Shown here: positions 56,449-64,000 of the stretch, piece by piece
Layout of the letters: every line of letters begins with the position of its first letter
Numbering within the stretch: position 1 is the stretch's first letter
DNA from: a virus
Taxonomy: Duplodnaviria > Caudoviricetes
Length of the DNA: 64,000 bases
Reading direction: 5' to 3' (one strand)
IMG/VR virus record: IMGVR_UViG_3300035182_001152
Made by a program: the position numbers and the translations under genes
Notes under the pieces: model-generated
What the model saw: the letters and a program-made list of their open reading frames with translations, nothing else
Database searches by the model: none
Told to the model about the DNA's origin: nothing

Positions 56449-56847
56449 ATGTCACAACCAAAAATTCACGCAAGTGCACTATCTCTGACGGAGGCTTTTC
56501 AAGTGGTAGCCAGTGACGAAACCACAGCTCTAACAACGGGCGCTGCAAAGGTAACGTTTCGGATGCCTTATGCATTTACGTTGACATATGTGCGCGGTTC
56601 TCTGACGACAGCGCAGGCCTCTGGCACCCCGGTTCAGTTTGATGTAAAGATGAACGGCACATCGATTTTTTCAACGCTCCCAACGTTTGACAATACGGAA
56701 AAGACAACGACAACTGCAGCTACACCAGGTGTATTGTCAAACACCACATTGACGGACGATTCAGAAATCACTGTTAGCGTCACTGCTGTAGACGGAGCCA
56801 CTGCTGCAGCTGGATTGAAGGTTTCCTTGATTGGTGCTCGTGCATGA
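56449..56847 (+). CDS. Small beta-sandwich tail-associated protein
   Basis: TFRMPYAFTLTYVR.SLTTA...FDVKMNGTSIF...DDSEITVSV..V...AAGLKVSL pattern typical of phage tail accessory proteins. Confidence 0.65.
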   Translation: MSQPKIHASALSLTEAFQVVASDETTALTTGAAKVTFRMPYAFTLTYVRGSLTTAQASGTPVQFDVKMNGTSIFSTLPTFDNTEKTTTTAATPGVLSNTTLTDDSEITVSVTAVDGATAAAGLKVSLIGARA

Positions 56848-57556
56848 TTTCATTCTGAAAGCGACCATTACGTCGCCTCCGCTTGTCAATCCAACATTTT
56901 CAAACGTAGTGCTGTTGATGCACATGGATGGGACAAACGGTAGTACCACATTTACAGACAGCAGTACAACTACCAAGACTGCTGTAGCAGGCGGCGCCGC
57001 ATCAATCAGCACTGCCTCGCTGAAGTTCGGTACGGGCGCGGCGTCTATCTACAACTCCAGTACAGGCAAGGTTACTGTCAACTATCACACCGACTTTGAG
57101 TTTGGTTCTGGCGACTTTACCATTGAATTCTGGGTGTATTTTACCGACCTGTCATCGTATCCAATGATTATCATCAAGAGTACGGGTACGGGTTACTCCC
57201 CGTGGACTGTTTTCGTCAATGGTGGATACTTCTGCGCCCGCGTGTTTGATGACGGCACTACACCAACTAAGCAAGTAGACATTACAGGAACAACAGCAGT
57301 GACTACGGGCACGTGGTATTTTGTTCAGCTACGTCGCCGCAGCAACGTCTTCGCTCTAGCCGTTAACGGTGTGCAAGAGGCTACCACATCTGCTTTGACG
57401 TCCTTCAATGTATTCTCTTCAACAGCTGACATTACGCTTGGTAACTATCCGTCAGGCACGGACTCCCCACTGTACGGATATATCGACGATCTGCGGTTGA
57501 TTAAGGGCCAATCTATGGACTTTAACCTGCCAACAGCTGCGTTCCCGAACAGCTAA
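56831..57556 (+). CDS. LamG/concanavalin A-like lectin domain protein (receptor-binding candidate); start uncertain
   Basis: FSNVVLLMHMDG, DFEFGSGDFTIEFWVY, GTWYFV, AVNG, GYIDDLRLIKG. Confidence 0.8.
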   Translation: MVLVHDFILKATITSPPLVNPTFSNVVLLMHMDGTNGSTTFTDSSTTTKTAVAGGAASISTASLKFGTGAASIYNSSTGKVTVNYHTDFEFGSGDFTIEFWVYFTDLSSYPMIIIKSTGTGYSPWTVFVNGGYFCARVFDDGTTPTKQVDITGTTAVTTGTWYFVQLRRRSNVFALAVNGVQEATTSALTSFNVFSSTADITLGNYPSGTDSPLYGYIDDLRLIKGQSMDFNLPTAAFPNS

Positions 57557-57577
57557 AGCAAATAGTATGATGTCAAG

Positions 57578-58156
57578 ATGGATATTGACATCGACTTCAA
57601 GACAACGTTTGACCCGTGCCGCATTATGAGGCAGGCCATTCCTGCTTCTATGGTCAAAAATGGTGCACTCGTAAAGCACAACTGTGGGCACTACTTTCAG
57701 CAAATTCCAATTGACAAAGTCACGGGATTTGCTGCGATTCCGTATGAAGAGGCGGAAGCTCTTGGGTATTTTAAGATCGACTTCCTACACTTGTCCGTGT
57801 TGGATTCGTTCGACAGCAAGGCTGAAATGCGCGAGATGCTTCAGCGAGAGCCTGATTGGTCAATATTGCTCGATGAATCGCAAGTGCCAAAGTTGTTCCA
57901 CGTTGGTAAGTATGCTGATTTGCTCACACGAATCAAACCAAACTCCGTGCAACAGTTGGCGGATTGTCTTGCCTTGATTCGCCCTGCGAAGAGATACTTG
58001 CTGAGCAAGTATATGAAAGATAAGGACAGCCTGGCCACCCGACGTGAACTATATCAAAAGGTTGAAGGCGCCTACTACTTCAAGAAGTCACACGCTATCT
58101 CTTACGCGTTAACCATTACACTGCAACTGCACCTAATCTCTCAAGGTCGCCTATAA
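57578..58156 (+). CDS. dnaE: DNA polymerase III alpha (DnaE)-like catalytic fragment
   Basis: MDIDIDF, KHNCG, GYFKIDFLHLSVL, LALIRP, YYFKKSHAISYA. Confidence 0.82.
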   Translation: MDIDIDFKTTFDPCRIMRQAIPASMVKNGALVKHNCGHYFQQIPIDKVTGFAAIPYEEAEALGYFKIDFLHLSVLDSFDSKAEMREMLQREPDWSILLDESQVPKLFHVGKYADLLTRIKPNSVQQLADCLALIRPAKRYLLSKYMKDKDSLATRRELYQKVEGAYYFKKSHAISYALTITLQLHLISQGRL

Positions 58157-58159
58157 ATA
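58152..58159 (+). promoter_or_regulatory. Late promoter, exact T4 consensus TATAAATA
   Basis: Upstream of 58181 with GGAG SD. Confidence 0.7.
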
Positions 58160-58180
58160 CCCCCAACAACGGAGATTCAC

Positions 58181-58624
58181 ATGCGACTTTTGACAGCAAT
58201 GCACCCAACAGATAACCAGAAGCGAGTTCTTGCTAAGATCGCCGCCGCTCCTACGCCTACAGTGGCAGCTTCAGAGATTTCAGCTGATGCAAATCTGGTT
58301 GCTGCACGTAATCTGCTGATGAAGCTCGGCATGATCACGTACACTGATGGCAACGCAGAAATGACCGACCAAGGTCGCAAGGTCGCGACCGACGAAAACA
58401 TCATCGACCAGGGTGGCGAATTGACGCAGGCTGGTCAGCAGCTTGCCTACTCTGACTCTCAGGGTCAACAGACACCAGACAATGGTGCATCGCCACCCGC
58501 TGGGGCTGATGCTGGTCTTGACAGCATGGCGGGGCCGGATGATATGGGAGGCGCTCCGGGAGGAGACCCATTCAGCATGGAAAGCTACCAGCCAATGTCA
58601 CTCCTCAAAGAACTGCTCGGCTGA
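58181..58624 (+). CDS. Hypothetical late protein, acidic/Gly-rich tail
   Basis: 147 aa; promoter and SD present. Confidence 0.7.
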   Translation: MRLLTAMHPTDNQKRVLAKIAAAPTPTVAASEISADANLVAARNLLMKLGMITYTDGNAEMTDQGRKVATDENIIDQGGELTQAGQQLAYSDSQGQQTPDNGASPPAGADAGLDSMAGPDDMGGAPGGDPFSMESYQPMSLLKELLG

Positions 58625-59113
58625 GGAGCGCGTGCTCATTTCCACGCTTGGTGGAATTGGCTTGCGGCGGCGGCGCTTAATGCTTTTGACTGTTCCCATT
58701 GGATACTTGGGAACCGGACCAATGATTCGAGATACAAACTCGATATTGAGTGCACGGTACACTCGCGACGTCATGGGTGTCATTCCACGACGAGAGAACT
58801 CAATTGAGATTGGATAGTTACCACGATTTGTGGTGTACCATTCTGTCGCTGCTTGAATTACCACTTCTTCGTTGACGTGCTCAGGGCCGCACAAATCCAG
58901 CACATAAGCGCGGATCACTTCATCGTCTGCGTTATCGACAATCACCAGCATCGGCGCCTTTCGATACTGAATCAGGGTGATGAACGGGAACCCCGCGTAG
59001 TCCTTAGGATGTGGTTCTACGATCAGAGGAACTGAGGACTTCTTCCCTTCTCCTGCGGGAACACGTCCCTTTGTAGCAGGCTTTGGTGTAGTAGTCGCTT
59101 TCTTTATGGCCAT
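58598..59113 (-). CDS. Hypothetical late protein
   Basis: GGAG SD before ATG at 59113 (MAIKKATT); late promoter 59134-59140; convergent overlap with 58181. Confidence 0.7.
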   Translation of the reverse strand: MAIKKATTTPKPATKGRVPAGEGKKSSVPLIVEPHPKDYAGFPFITLIQYRKAPMLVIVDNADDEVIRAYVLDLCGPEHVNEEVVIQAATEWYTTNRGNYPISIEFSRRGMTPMTSRVYRALNIEFVSRIIGPVPKYPMGTVKSIKRRRRKPIPPSVEMSTRSSAEQFFEE

Positions 59114-59133
59114 ATGATTCTCCGAGTTGCGGC

Positions 59134-59140
59134 TATTTAT
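59134..59140 (-). promoter_or_regulatory. Late promoter (ATAAATA, minus strand)
   Basis: CCATAAATA on minus strand. Confidence 0.65.
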
Positions 59141-59225
59141 GGCACGGTTACACAGGGGGCAATACAGTATCAGGGTATTGGTGCCAGGTGAAAAAGTGCA
59201 GGTAAATATCCGAACAGGAGATTTT

Positions 59226-59846
59226 ATGGCCTTCACACTACCAAAACTTGAATACGCCCAGGACGCACTCGAGCCTCACATTTCGAAGGAAGTGGTCCAC
59301 TTCCACTACGACAAGCACACAAAAAAGTACTTCGAAAAGGCCAACGAATTGGCAAAGGGCACTGTGTTTGCATCGAAATCGCTCGATGATGTGATTTCGA
59401 AGACGTCAGTTCTCAAAATGGATACGGCGCTATTTAACAACGTCAGTCAGGCGTTTAATCATGCCTTTTACTGGAAATGCCTAGCTCCTACCGATAAGGT
59501 TGGGAAGCCATCAGAGGCGCTTGCCGAAGCGATTAAGGAGCAGTTTGAAACTGTGGCCAAATTTAAGGCAGAATTTATCGAGCAAGCTACGAAAGCATTT
59601 GGTTCTGCATGGGTCTGGGCTGTGTTGAAGGACGGCAAGGTCCAAATTAAGACCACCCCAAATGCCAACTCTCCGCTAACTGAGCAGAACTCAATTCCGT
59701 TATTCGTGTGCGATGTGTGGGAGCATGCATGGCTGTATGATGAGAAATTTTGGGCTAATAAGCCAGCTTACCTCCAGGCCTTCTGGCATGTGTTAAACTG
59801 GAACTTTGTTAACGAGAACTTCGAGAATGCCACGACCACCAAATAA
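59226..59846 (+). CDS. sodB: Fe/Mn superoxide dismutase (Fe-type signature more likely)
   Basis: LPKLEYAQDALEPHIS, HYDKH..Y, FNNVSQAFNH.FYW, FGSAWVW, DVWEH; all four metal ligands; AGGAG SD before ATG 59226. Confidence 0.9.
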   Translation: MAFTLPKLEYAQDALEPHISKEVVHFHYDKHTKKYFEKANELAKGTVFASKSLDDVISKTSVLKMDTALFNNVSQAFNHAFYWKCLAPTDKVGKPSEALAEAIKEQFETVAKFKAEFIEQATKAFGSAWVWAVLKDGKVQIKTTPNANSPLTEQNSIPLFVCDVWEHAWLYDEKFWANKPAYLQAFWHVLNWNFVNENFENATTTK

Positions 59847-60413
59847 ATTCCGAGAAGCTGCAAGGTTGATGCACAGTGTTCGGTTTTTGATCCAACCCCG
59901 TGCCCAAAGGGCCACGTTGCAGAACGCCTAACCTCTAGTGGAATCTGCGTTGTTTGCAATAACGAAAAGACAAAGCGCCTGTATCACAGTAACGCAAAAA
60001 TTCGCGCACGAGCTTGCGAAACTAGTCGAGCCCACCATGAAAATGTTGGCACCAAATGGTATCACGACAATAAAGTTCGTGCCTCCCAATTAAACAAGGC
60101 GTGGAGGGAAGAACACCGAGATGAGTTCAGCAAATATACGGTTCAGTGGCGCCGAGCTAACCTCGACAAGTTAACAAAAAATGCAAGCGCTTATCGTGCA
60201 TCAAAGCTGCTGGCTACCCCTTCTTGGGCCGATCACGATAAGATTCAGCAATTCTACACTGAAGCTCAGCGGCTGACTAAAGAAACTGGAATCAAGTACA
60301 CAGTGGATCACCAGATTCCATTGAACAGTGATCTCGTTTGTGGATTGCACGTAGAGCACAACCTACAGCTGCTAACGCTGTCGGAGAATAGTGCCAAAGG
60401 TAACAGATTATGA
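59827..60413 (+). pseudogene. HNH homing endonuclease with one frameshift near the 5' end (missed by the ORF track)
   Basis: MPRPPNKFREAARLMHSVRF, then -1 frame FDPTPCPKGHVAERLTSSGICVVC...ATPSWAD...VDHQIPLNSDLVCGLHVEHNLQLL..SENSAKGNRL*. Confidence 0.82.
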
Positions 60414-61222
60414 TTGACGAAGAACAACTGACAGAAGAGCAGATTGACGCTCGTATTGCCGAGAAGAAGGCGGAATCAAAGCCGCGAGGCCGTCCCAAGA
60501 ACGCAAGTTACCTTCCGTGGGAAGAAGCTCGCGAATTCGTTCGTGGAGAAATGTTGCCGTCGCGCGGCAAGTACTTTGAATGGTGGGACCGCAATAAGCC
60601 AAAGACAATCCCCCGCTTCCCATACCGCGTATACACTGGTGAGAACGAATGGGTTTCGTGGAACGATTTTCTCGGCACGAACAACAAGTTCAACGACAAG
60701 GTTGGGACGAAGTGGCGACCATTCTTGGAAGCAACTGGATGGGCTCTCAAACTCAACCTGAAGTCTCAAGGCGAGTGGATGGAATACTGTAGGATTGAGG
60801 ACCAGCTACCAAAGGACATTCCTGCCCGCCCCGACCTCGTCTATGACGAATGGCGTAGCTGGGGACATTGGCTTGGTAACCGCCCCGTTGAAGCAATTCA
60901 AGCTAAGCAGGAAGTTGCACAAAAAGTTCAAGTGTTCTACATTATCCACGATCCGGAACATGCAGCACAAAACATTCTACGCTTTGGTGTTGATCCGGCA
61001 GGCCTGACGTCTATGAAGGCTCGCTGGGAAGACCAACAGTTTACAATCGTTAAACTGTTCTGGTATGATCCTGCGAAGAGTGCGATTATCAATCAGATCG
61101 TCGAAACCTTCTCACGACCATACCAGGGAAATACCAGCGAGCGCATCGTTCCCAATGTGTGGGAAATTGTGTACCATCTTCAGATGCATCTGGACCAGAT
61201 TACATCCAAAGACGTACAGTGA
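60410..61222 (+). CDS. Protein with two Trp-rich repeats (integrase-repeat-like) and AT-hook-like motif
   Basis: PRGRPK; EAREFVR...IP..P.RVY...W..WNDFLG repeated as EATGWAL...IP.RP..VY.EW..WGHWLG. Confidence 0.7.
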   Translation: MIDEEQLTEEQIDARIAEKKAESKPRGRPKNASYLPWEEAREFVRGEMLPSRGKYFEWWDRNKPKTIPRFPYRVYTGENEWVSWNDFLGTNNKFNDKVGTKWRPFLEATGWALKLNLKSQGEWMEYCRIEDQLPKDIPARPDLVYDEWRSWGHWLGNRPVEAIQAKQEVAQKVQVFYIIHDPEHAAQNILRFGVDPAGLTSMKARWEDQQFTIVKLFWYDPAKSAIINQIVETFSRPYQGNTSERIVPNVWEIVYHLQMHLDQITSKDVQ

Positions 61223-61657
61223 TTACACGGGTAGGATTAGGTCAGCAACTTCACTGATGCTGAACTGAAGTTGCTCACCAAAGTATACGATCCCGTCAGC
61301 GTCGCCCAACTGAGCTAGCGCTGATTGGACCATATCGAGAGCGCGAAACATCATCATGTCATCCGTTGTTGATGACACGTTAATGCAAACATCGATATCA
61401 TCGCCCTTAATCTCAACAAACTCGCGGACGAACGTTTTCTGAGAAGAGATTAGGCTGAGGGCTGCTGCTTTGATTGCCTCCTCCGACAATTCAATTCCTA
61501 CCTCCGTTAGGTAGTTTGCAGCAACTTCATATGCGTGGGCAACAAACTCGCTTCGTGCTGTAATGACGCGCACATCTTCAAATGGATCATTTGTTGATGC
61601 TGCAGCAAATACAACTTCCGGCCAACTGATCGGGGCGTCAGACAATAACCGCGTCAT
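61223..61657 (-). CDS. Hypothetical protein
   Basis: ATG 61657 overlapping end of upstream gene; start uncertain. Confidence 0.6.
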   Translation of the reverse strand: MTRLLSDAPISWPEVVFAAASTNDPFEDVRVITARSEFVAHAYEVAANYLTEVGIELSEEAIKAAALSLISSQKTFVREFVEIKGDDIDVCINVSSTTDDMMMFRALDMVQSALAQLGDADGIVYFGEQLQFSISEVADLILPV

Positions 61658-61985
61658 CAACTGCACCTTGAATCGTGGGGACTGAGTACTTTGTTGGAGC
61701 ACTGAAGGATGTGTCGACTGTCACTTCCTCTGCCGGCATTTGAAGGGCGCGCTTTTGCGCCTCGAGGCTCTGCATCGTGCCAACCAACTGAAGGACTTCC
61801 TTGCTGACGTCCTTGAACTTCTTACTGAAGTACTTCTTCTTGGTTTGCGTCTTTGAGCCGTCAATGGCCTTGCGATATTGAGAGGCTAGACCTACTAGGA
61901 TCTGGAGTCTCTGTTCAACAACGCCGTGCCAATGATCGAGGCGATCGTCACGTGCAGCGTTGCTGATTTCTGAATTGCGGTTCAT
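61638..61985 (-). CDS. Hypothetical coiled-coil protein
   Basis: AGGAG SD before ATG 61985. Confidence 0.7.
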   Translation of the reverse strand: MNRNSEISNAARDDRLDHWHGVVEQRLQILVGLASQYRKAIDGSKTQTKKKYFSKKFKDVSKEVLQLVGTMQSLEAQKRALQMPAEEVTVDTSFSAPTKYSVPTIQGAVDDAVIV

Positions 61986-62010
61986 AACGTCTCCTGTTGT
62001 TATTGGAGAC

Positions 62011-62039
62011 AATATACAGGAAGACCCACTAAACTTCAA
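62011..62039 (-). promoter_or_regulatory. Sigma70-like promoter (minus strand)
   Basis: TTGAAG-17 nt-TATATT. Confidence 0.55.
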
Positions 62040-62055
62040 CAATCTAGTGGGTCTT
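62021..62055 (-). terminator. Stem-loop after gene 62059, overlapping the sigma70 promoter
   Basis: AAGACCCACTA (62021-62031) and TAGTGGGTCTT (62045-62055). Confidence 0.5.
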
Positions 62056-62058
62056 GGA

Positions 62059-62691
62059 TCAGTTTGGAAGGCCGCGAATCAAGATCATCTCAGCGTTGCC
62101 AGCTGACCAGATTTCGTATGTTTGAGATCCGTCTGGTGACGCTGTCTTGTTGGGCGGAATGTCAGTCCCTGCAAGGATTGCCTTTTTGACGTTCAGCTCA
62201 TCACGGAGCGTTGAAACGTTGTACACCCACAGCTCCTCAAATGTGCCGTCTTCGGTGTTGCGTTTGTACACCAAGTGTGCGTCTTTGACAGTGCGGATTA
62301 GACCCTGACGATCGGGATCTTCAGTAGCATCACCCGCTAATCCGTCTAGCTCCGGGTGCTCATCCTCACCTTCTGCTTGGTCGTTAGCCTCAGGCTCTCC
62401 CAGGTCATATTCTTCATCAGATGGGCCGTCGCTAGGTGTCCCGACAACACCTCCACCAGAGCCTCCTGCGGGAGGTGTGAACGGGGCACCTTCATCGGGA
62501 GGGCCCATCTCACCAGCAGGCAGCTCATCGTCCTCCGGCTCGCCCAGAGTGGTGTCGTATTCGAAGTCGTCCGAAGGTTCGCTGTCTGTCGGTTCTTCTG
62601 AGCTGAGATCCAGCTCGTCATCGCCCGTAGGTTGATCCTCAGGCTCGACGAGCCTACGAACACCCTTCAGCACTTCTCGCAAAAATTCCAT
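62059..62691 (-). CDS. Hypothetical late protein, acidic disordered N-terminus with conserved-looking C-terminal domain
   Basis: Late promoter 62718-62724; RQGLIRTVKDAHLVYKR...EELWVYN. Confidence 0.75.
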   Translation of the reverse strand: MEFLREVLKGVRRLVEPEDQPTGDDELDLSSEEPTDSEPSDDFEYDTTLGEPEDDELPAGEMGPPDEGAPFTPPAGGSGGGVVGTPSDGPSDEEYDLGEPEANDQAEGEDEHPELDGLAGDATEDPDRQGLIRTVKDAHLVYKRNTEDGTFEELWVYNVSTLRDELNVKKAILAGTDIPPNKTASPDGSQTYEIWSAGNAEMILIRGLPN

Positions 62692-62717
62692 AACAACCCC
62701 TCATGATTAGTGAGGGG

Positions 62718-62724
62718 TATTTAT
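62718..62724 (-). promoter_or_regulatory. Late promoter (ATAAATA, minus strand)
   Basis: CATAAATA on minus strand. Confidence 0.65.
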
Positions 62725-62726
62725 GT

Positions 62727-63794
62727 TTAGCAGAAATGATGACGGCCAAACATCTTGACCCAGATGTGCTTTGACTTCTCGACGTATGCCTTCAGAGAGA
62801 GTTCATTCATGAACACATTCCAGCGCTTGAAGCGCCATGCCCACAGCATTGCTTTAGCGATGTCCTCTGAGCCAGTTGGATCACAAATGCCAGCCTTTGC
62901 CCACGGAACTTCACGCGACATTACCATTGGGACGCCGCACATAATCATGTCAGCAGCGACAATGTTGAACGTTTCAGAGAAGCTGACTTGCATGCCAAGG
63001 TCCATGTCCTTGATGATCTCAATGAACTTGTCATGTGGCGTCCATTGGTGACATACCAACTCGTGGCCTTCATCGGCGAGACCGGCAAATAGGCCCTGCA
63101 GATTGTGCAGAATTGGATCACCCTTACCCTCAATGCGGCCGATGTTGATGTGGAATCGCAGCTTTTTGCCAATTTCCTCTGCAAACTTCAGGGCAGCGAT
63201 TGCCTGCACAAGGTGATTCTTTAGAGGACGGATGGCACCAAAGCACGAAACGTCAACATACTCACCGTGATCGTGCTTACGGGGAGCGTGGCACCTATCA
63301 ACAGGGTAGTAGTTTGGCATGTAGCGAATGCGATCTTCAATCTCATCTTCGCTGTAACCAGCAGCGGACATCACGTCTTCCAGCTCGCGCATAAAGCGTG
63401 GAGCATTGACGCCAAACTTAACGGTTGGATACTTCAGATAACCAAAGAACCAACGCATTGCAATTCCTTCCATTGCAATGAAAGGGGCTTCACTGTGGAA
63501 ACGAACGATCCACTGCACTTTTGGGTGCAACTTGGACAGCACTTCAAACTTCTCCGGAACAACCCAGAGAGCTTCGATAATCACGTGTGTTGGCTTGTAT
63601 GCAGTAACTTCGCGGTCGATGCAATTATTGTCAACAACCACTACAACTTTCGCTTCAATGCCAGCGTCAACTAGCATGTCACAAACGAAAGTGGCTGAAT
63701 TTAGCAAGCCGGTCGAAATTCCGTGCTCACTGTATGATGGATCCTGGCAGTAATCTTCCCGACGCTTGAGGATAAAAAGGACGCGCGTTGTCAT
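62727..63794 (-). CDS. Glycosyltransferase, GT-B fold (family 4-like)
   Basis: VSCFGAIRPLKNH, GMQVSFSETFNIVAADMIMCGVP; ATG 63794 with GGAG SD; GTAAATA variant at 63824-63830. Confidence 0.75.
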   Translation of the reverse strand: MTTRVLFILKRREDYCQDPSYSEHGISTGLLNSATFVCDMLVDAGIEAKVVVVVDNNCIDREVTAYKPTHVIIEALWVVPEKFEVLSKLHPKVQWIVRFHSEAPFIAMEGIAMRWFFGYLKYPTVKFGVNAPRFMRELEDVMSAAGYSEDEIEDRIRYMPNYYPVDRCHAPRKHDHGEYVDVSCFGAIRPLKNHLVQAIAALKFAEEIGKKLRFHINIGRIEGKGDPILHNLQGLFAGLADEGHELVCHQWTPHDKFIEIIKDMDLGMQVSFSETFNIVAADMIMCGVPMVMSREVPWAKAGICDPTGSEDIAKAMLWAWRFKRWNVFMNELSLKAYVEKSKHIWVKMFGRHHFC

Positions 63795-63847
63795 ATAAAT
63801 CTCCGTGTGATGAGGCCCATACGTATTTACAATTGAGACAATGCACA

Positions 63848-63883
63848 CACGAGAAGAGCGGCAACGTTGCCGCTCTTCTCGTG
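63848..63883. repeat. Perfect 36-bp palindrome
   Basis: CACGAGAAGAGCGGCAAC/GTTGCCGCTCTTCTCGTG. Confidence 0.9.
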
Positions 63884-64000
63884 GTTTTGTTCGCTGTGAA
63901 CTTCAATTTTCGTCGTCAGACACCCCACCAACCCTTGAAGGTTGGTAGACGTGGACGTATTGATCGTGACTTGTGCCCGGTTCAACGAACCGTGGTTGGT

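Noticed and set aside
1-64000. CRISPR array, tRNA or rRNA genes
   Set aside because: No regularly spaced direct repeats and no cloverleaf or rRNA-like sequence seen by eye; a tRNA scan was not run
1-64000. Stop-codon reassignment as an explanation for the broken genes
   Set aside because: Intact genes end in TAA, TGA and TAG (for example TAG at 14538 and 37629), long ORFs are open in the standard code, and most lesions are frameshifts

Overview
This is a 64-kb segment of a large T4-related (jumbo-type) myophage genome. It has no host genes, tRNAs, rRNAs or CRISPR array that I could find. Four regions are recognisable. (1) Virion morphogenesis: gp13/gp14/gp15-like neck proteins, tail sheath and tube, gp4-like head completion protein, putative TerS and TerL. 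(2) Large fibre-gene clusters at about 20.3-28.9 kb and 43.7-57.6 kb. (3) Replication and recombination: gp32, UvsX, UvsY, UvsW, clamp-loader subunits, and a DnaE-like polymerase core split into two genes 20 kb apart. (4) Accessory genes: HD and P-loop kinase end-healing pair, tandem GroES, Fe/Mn SOD, two glycosyltransferases. Most structural units are preceded by a T4-late-like ATAAATA promoter. The most striking element is a tightly coupled operon inside the fibre cluster at 43.7-53.6 kb. It encodes a Hint-domain protein, a 67-aa peptide ending in CNCNCNCAC, an unknown protein, four radical SAM proteins and a DUF3050-like heme-oxygenase-fold diiron enzyme. It looks like a RiPP-type maturation system acting on a virion fibre component, and the peptide shares its N-terminal module with the Hint protein. 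Other notable items are an orphan N-terminal intein half on a nucleotidyltransferase, several intact or decayed homing endonucleases, a 24-bp perfect inverted repeat, and a decayed fibre-gene paralog. All family assignments come from motif recognition by eye; no database searches were run, so novelty is unverified.
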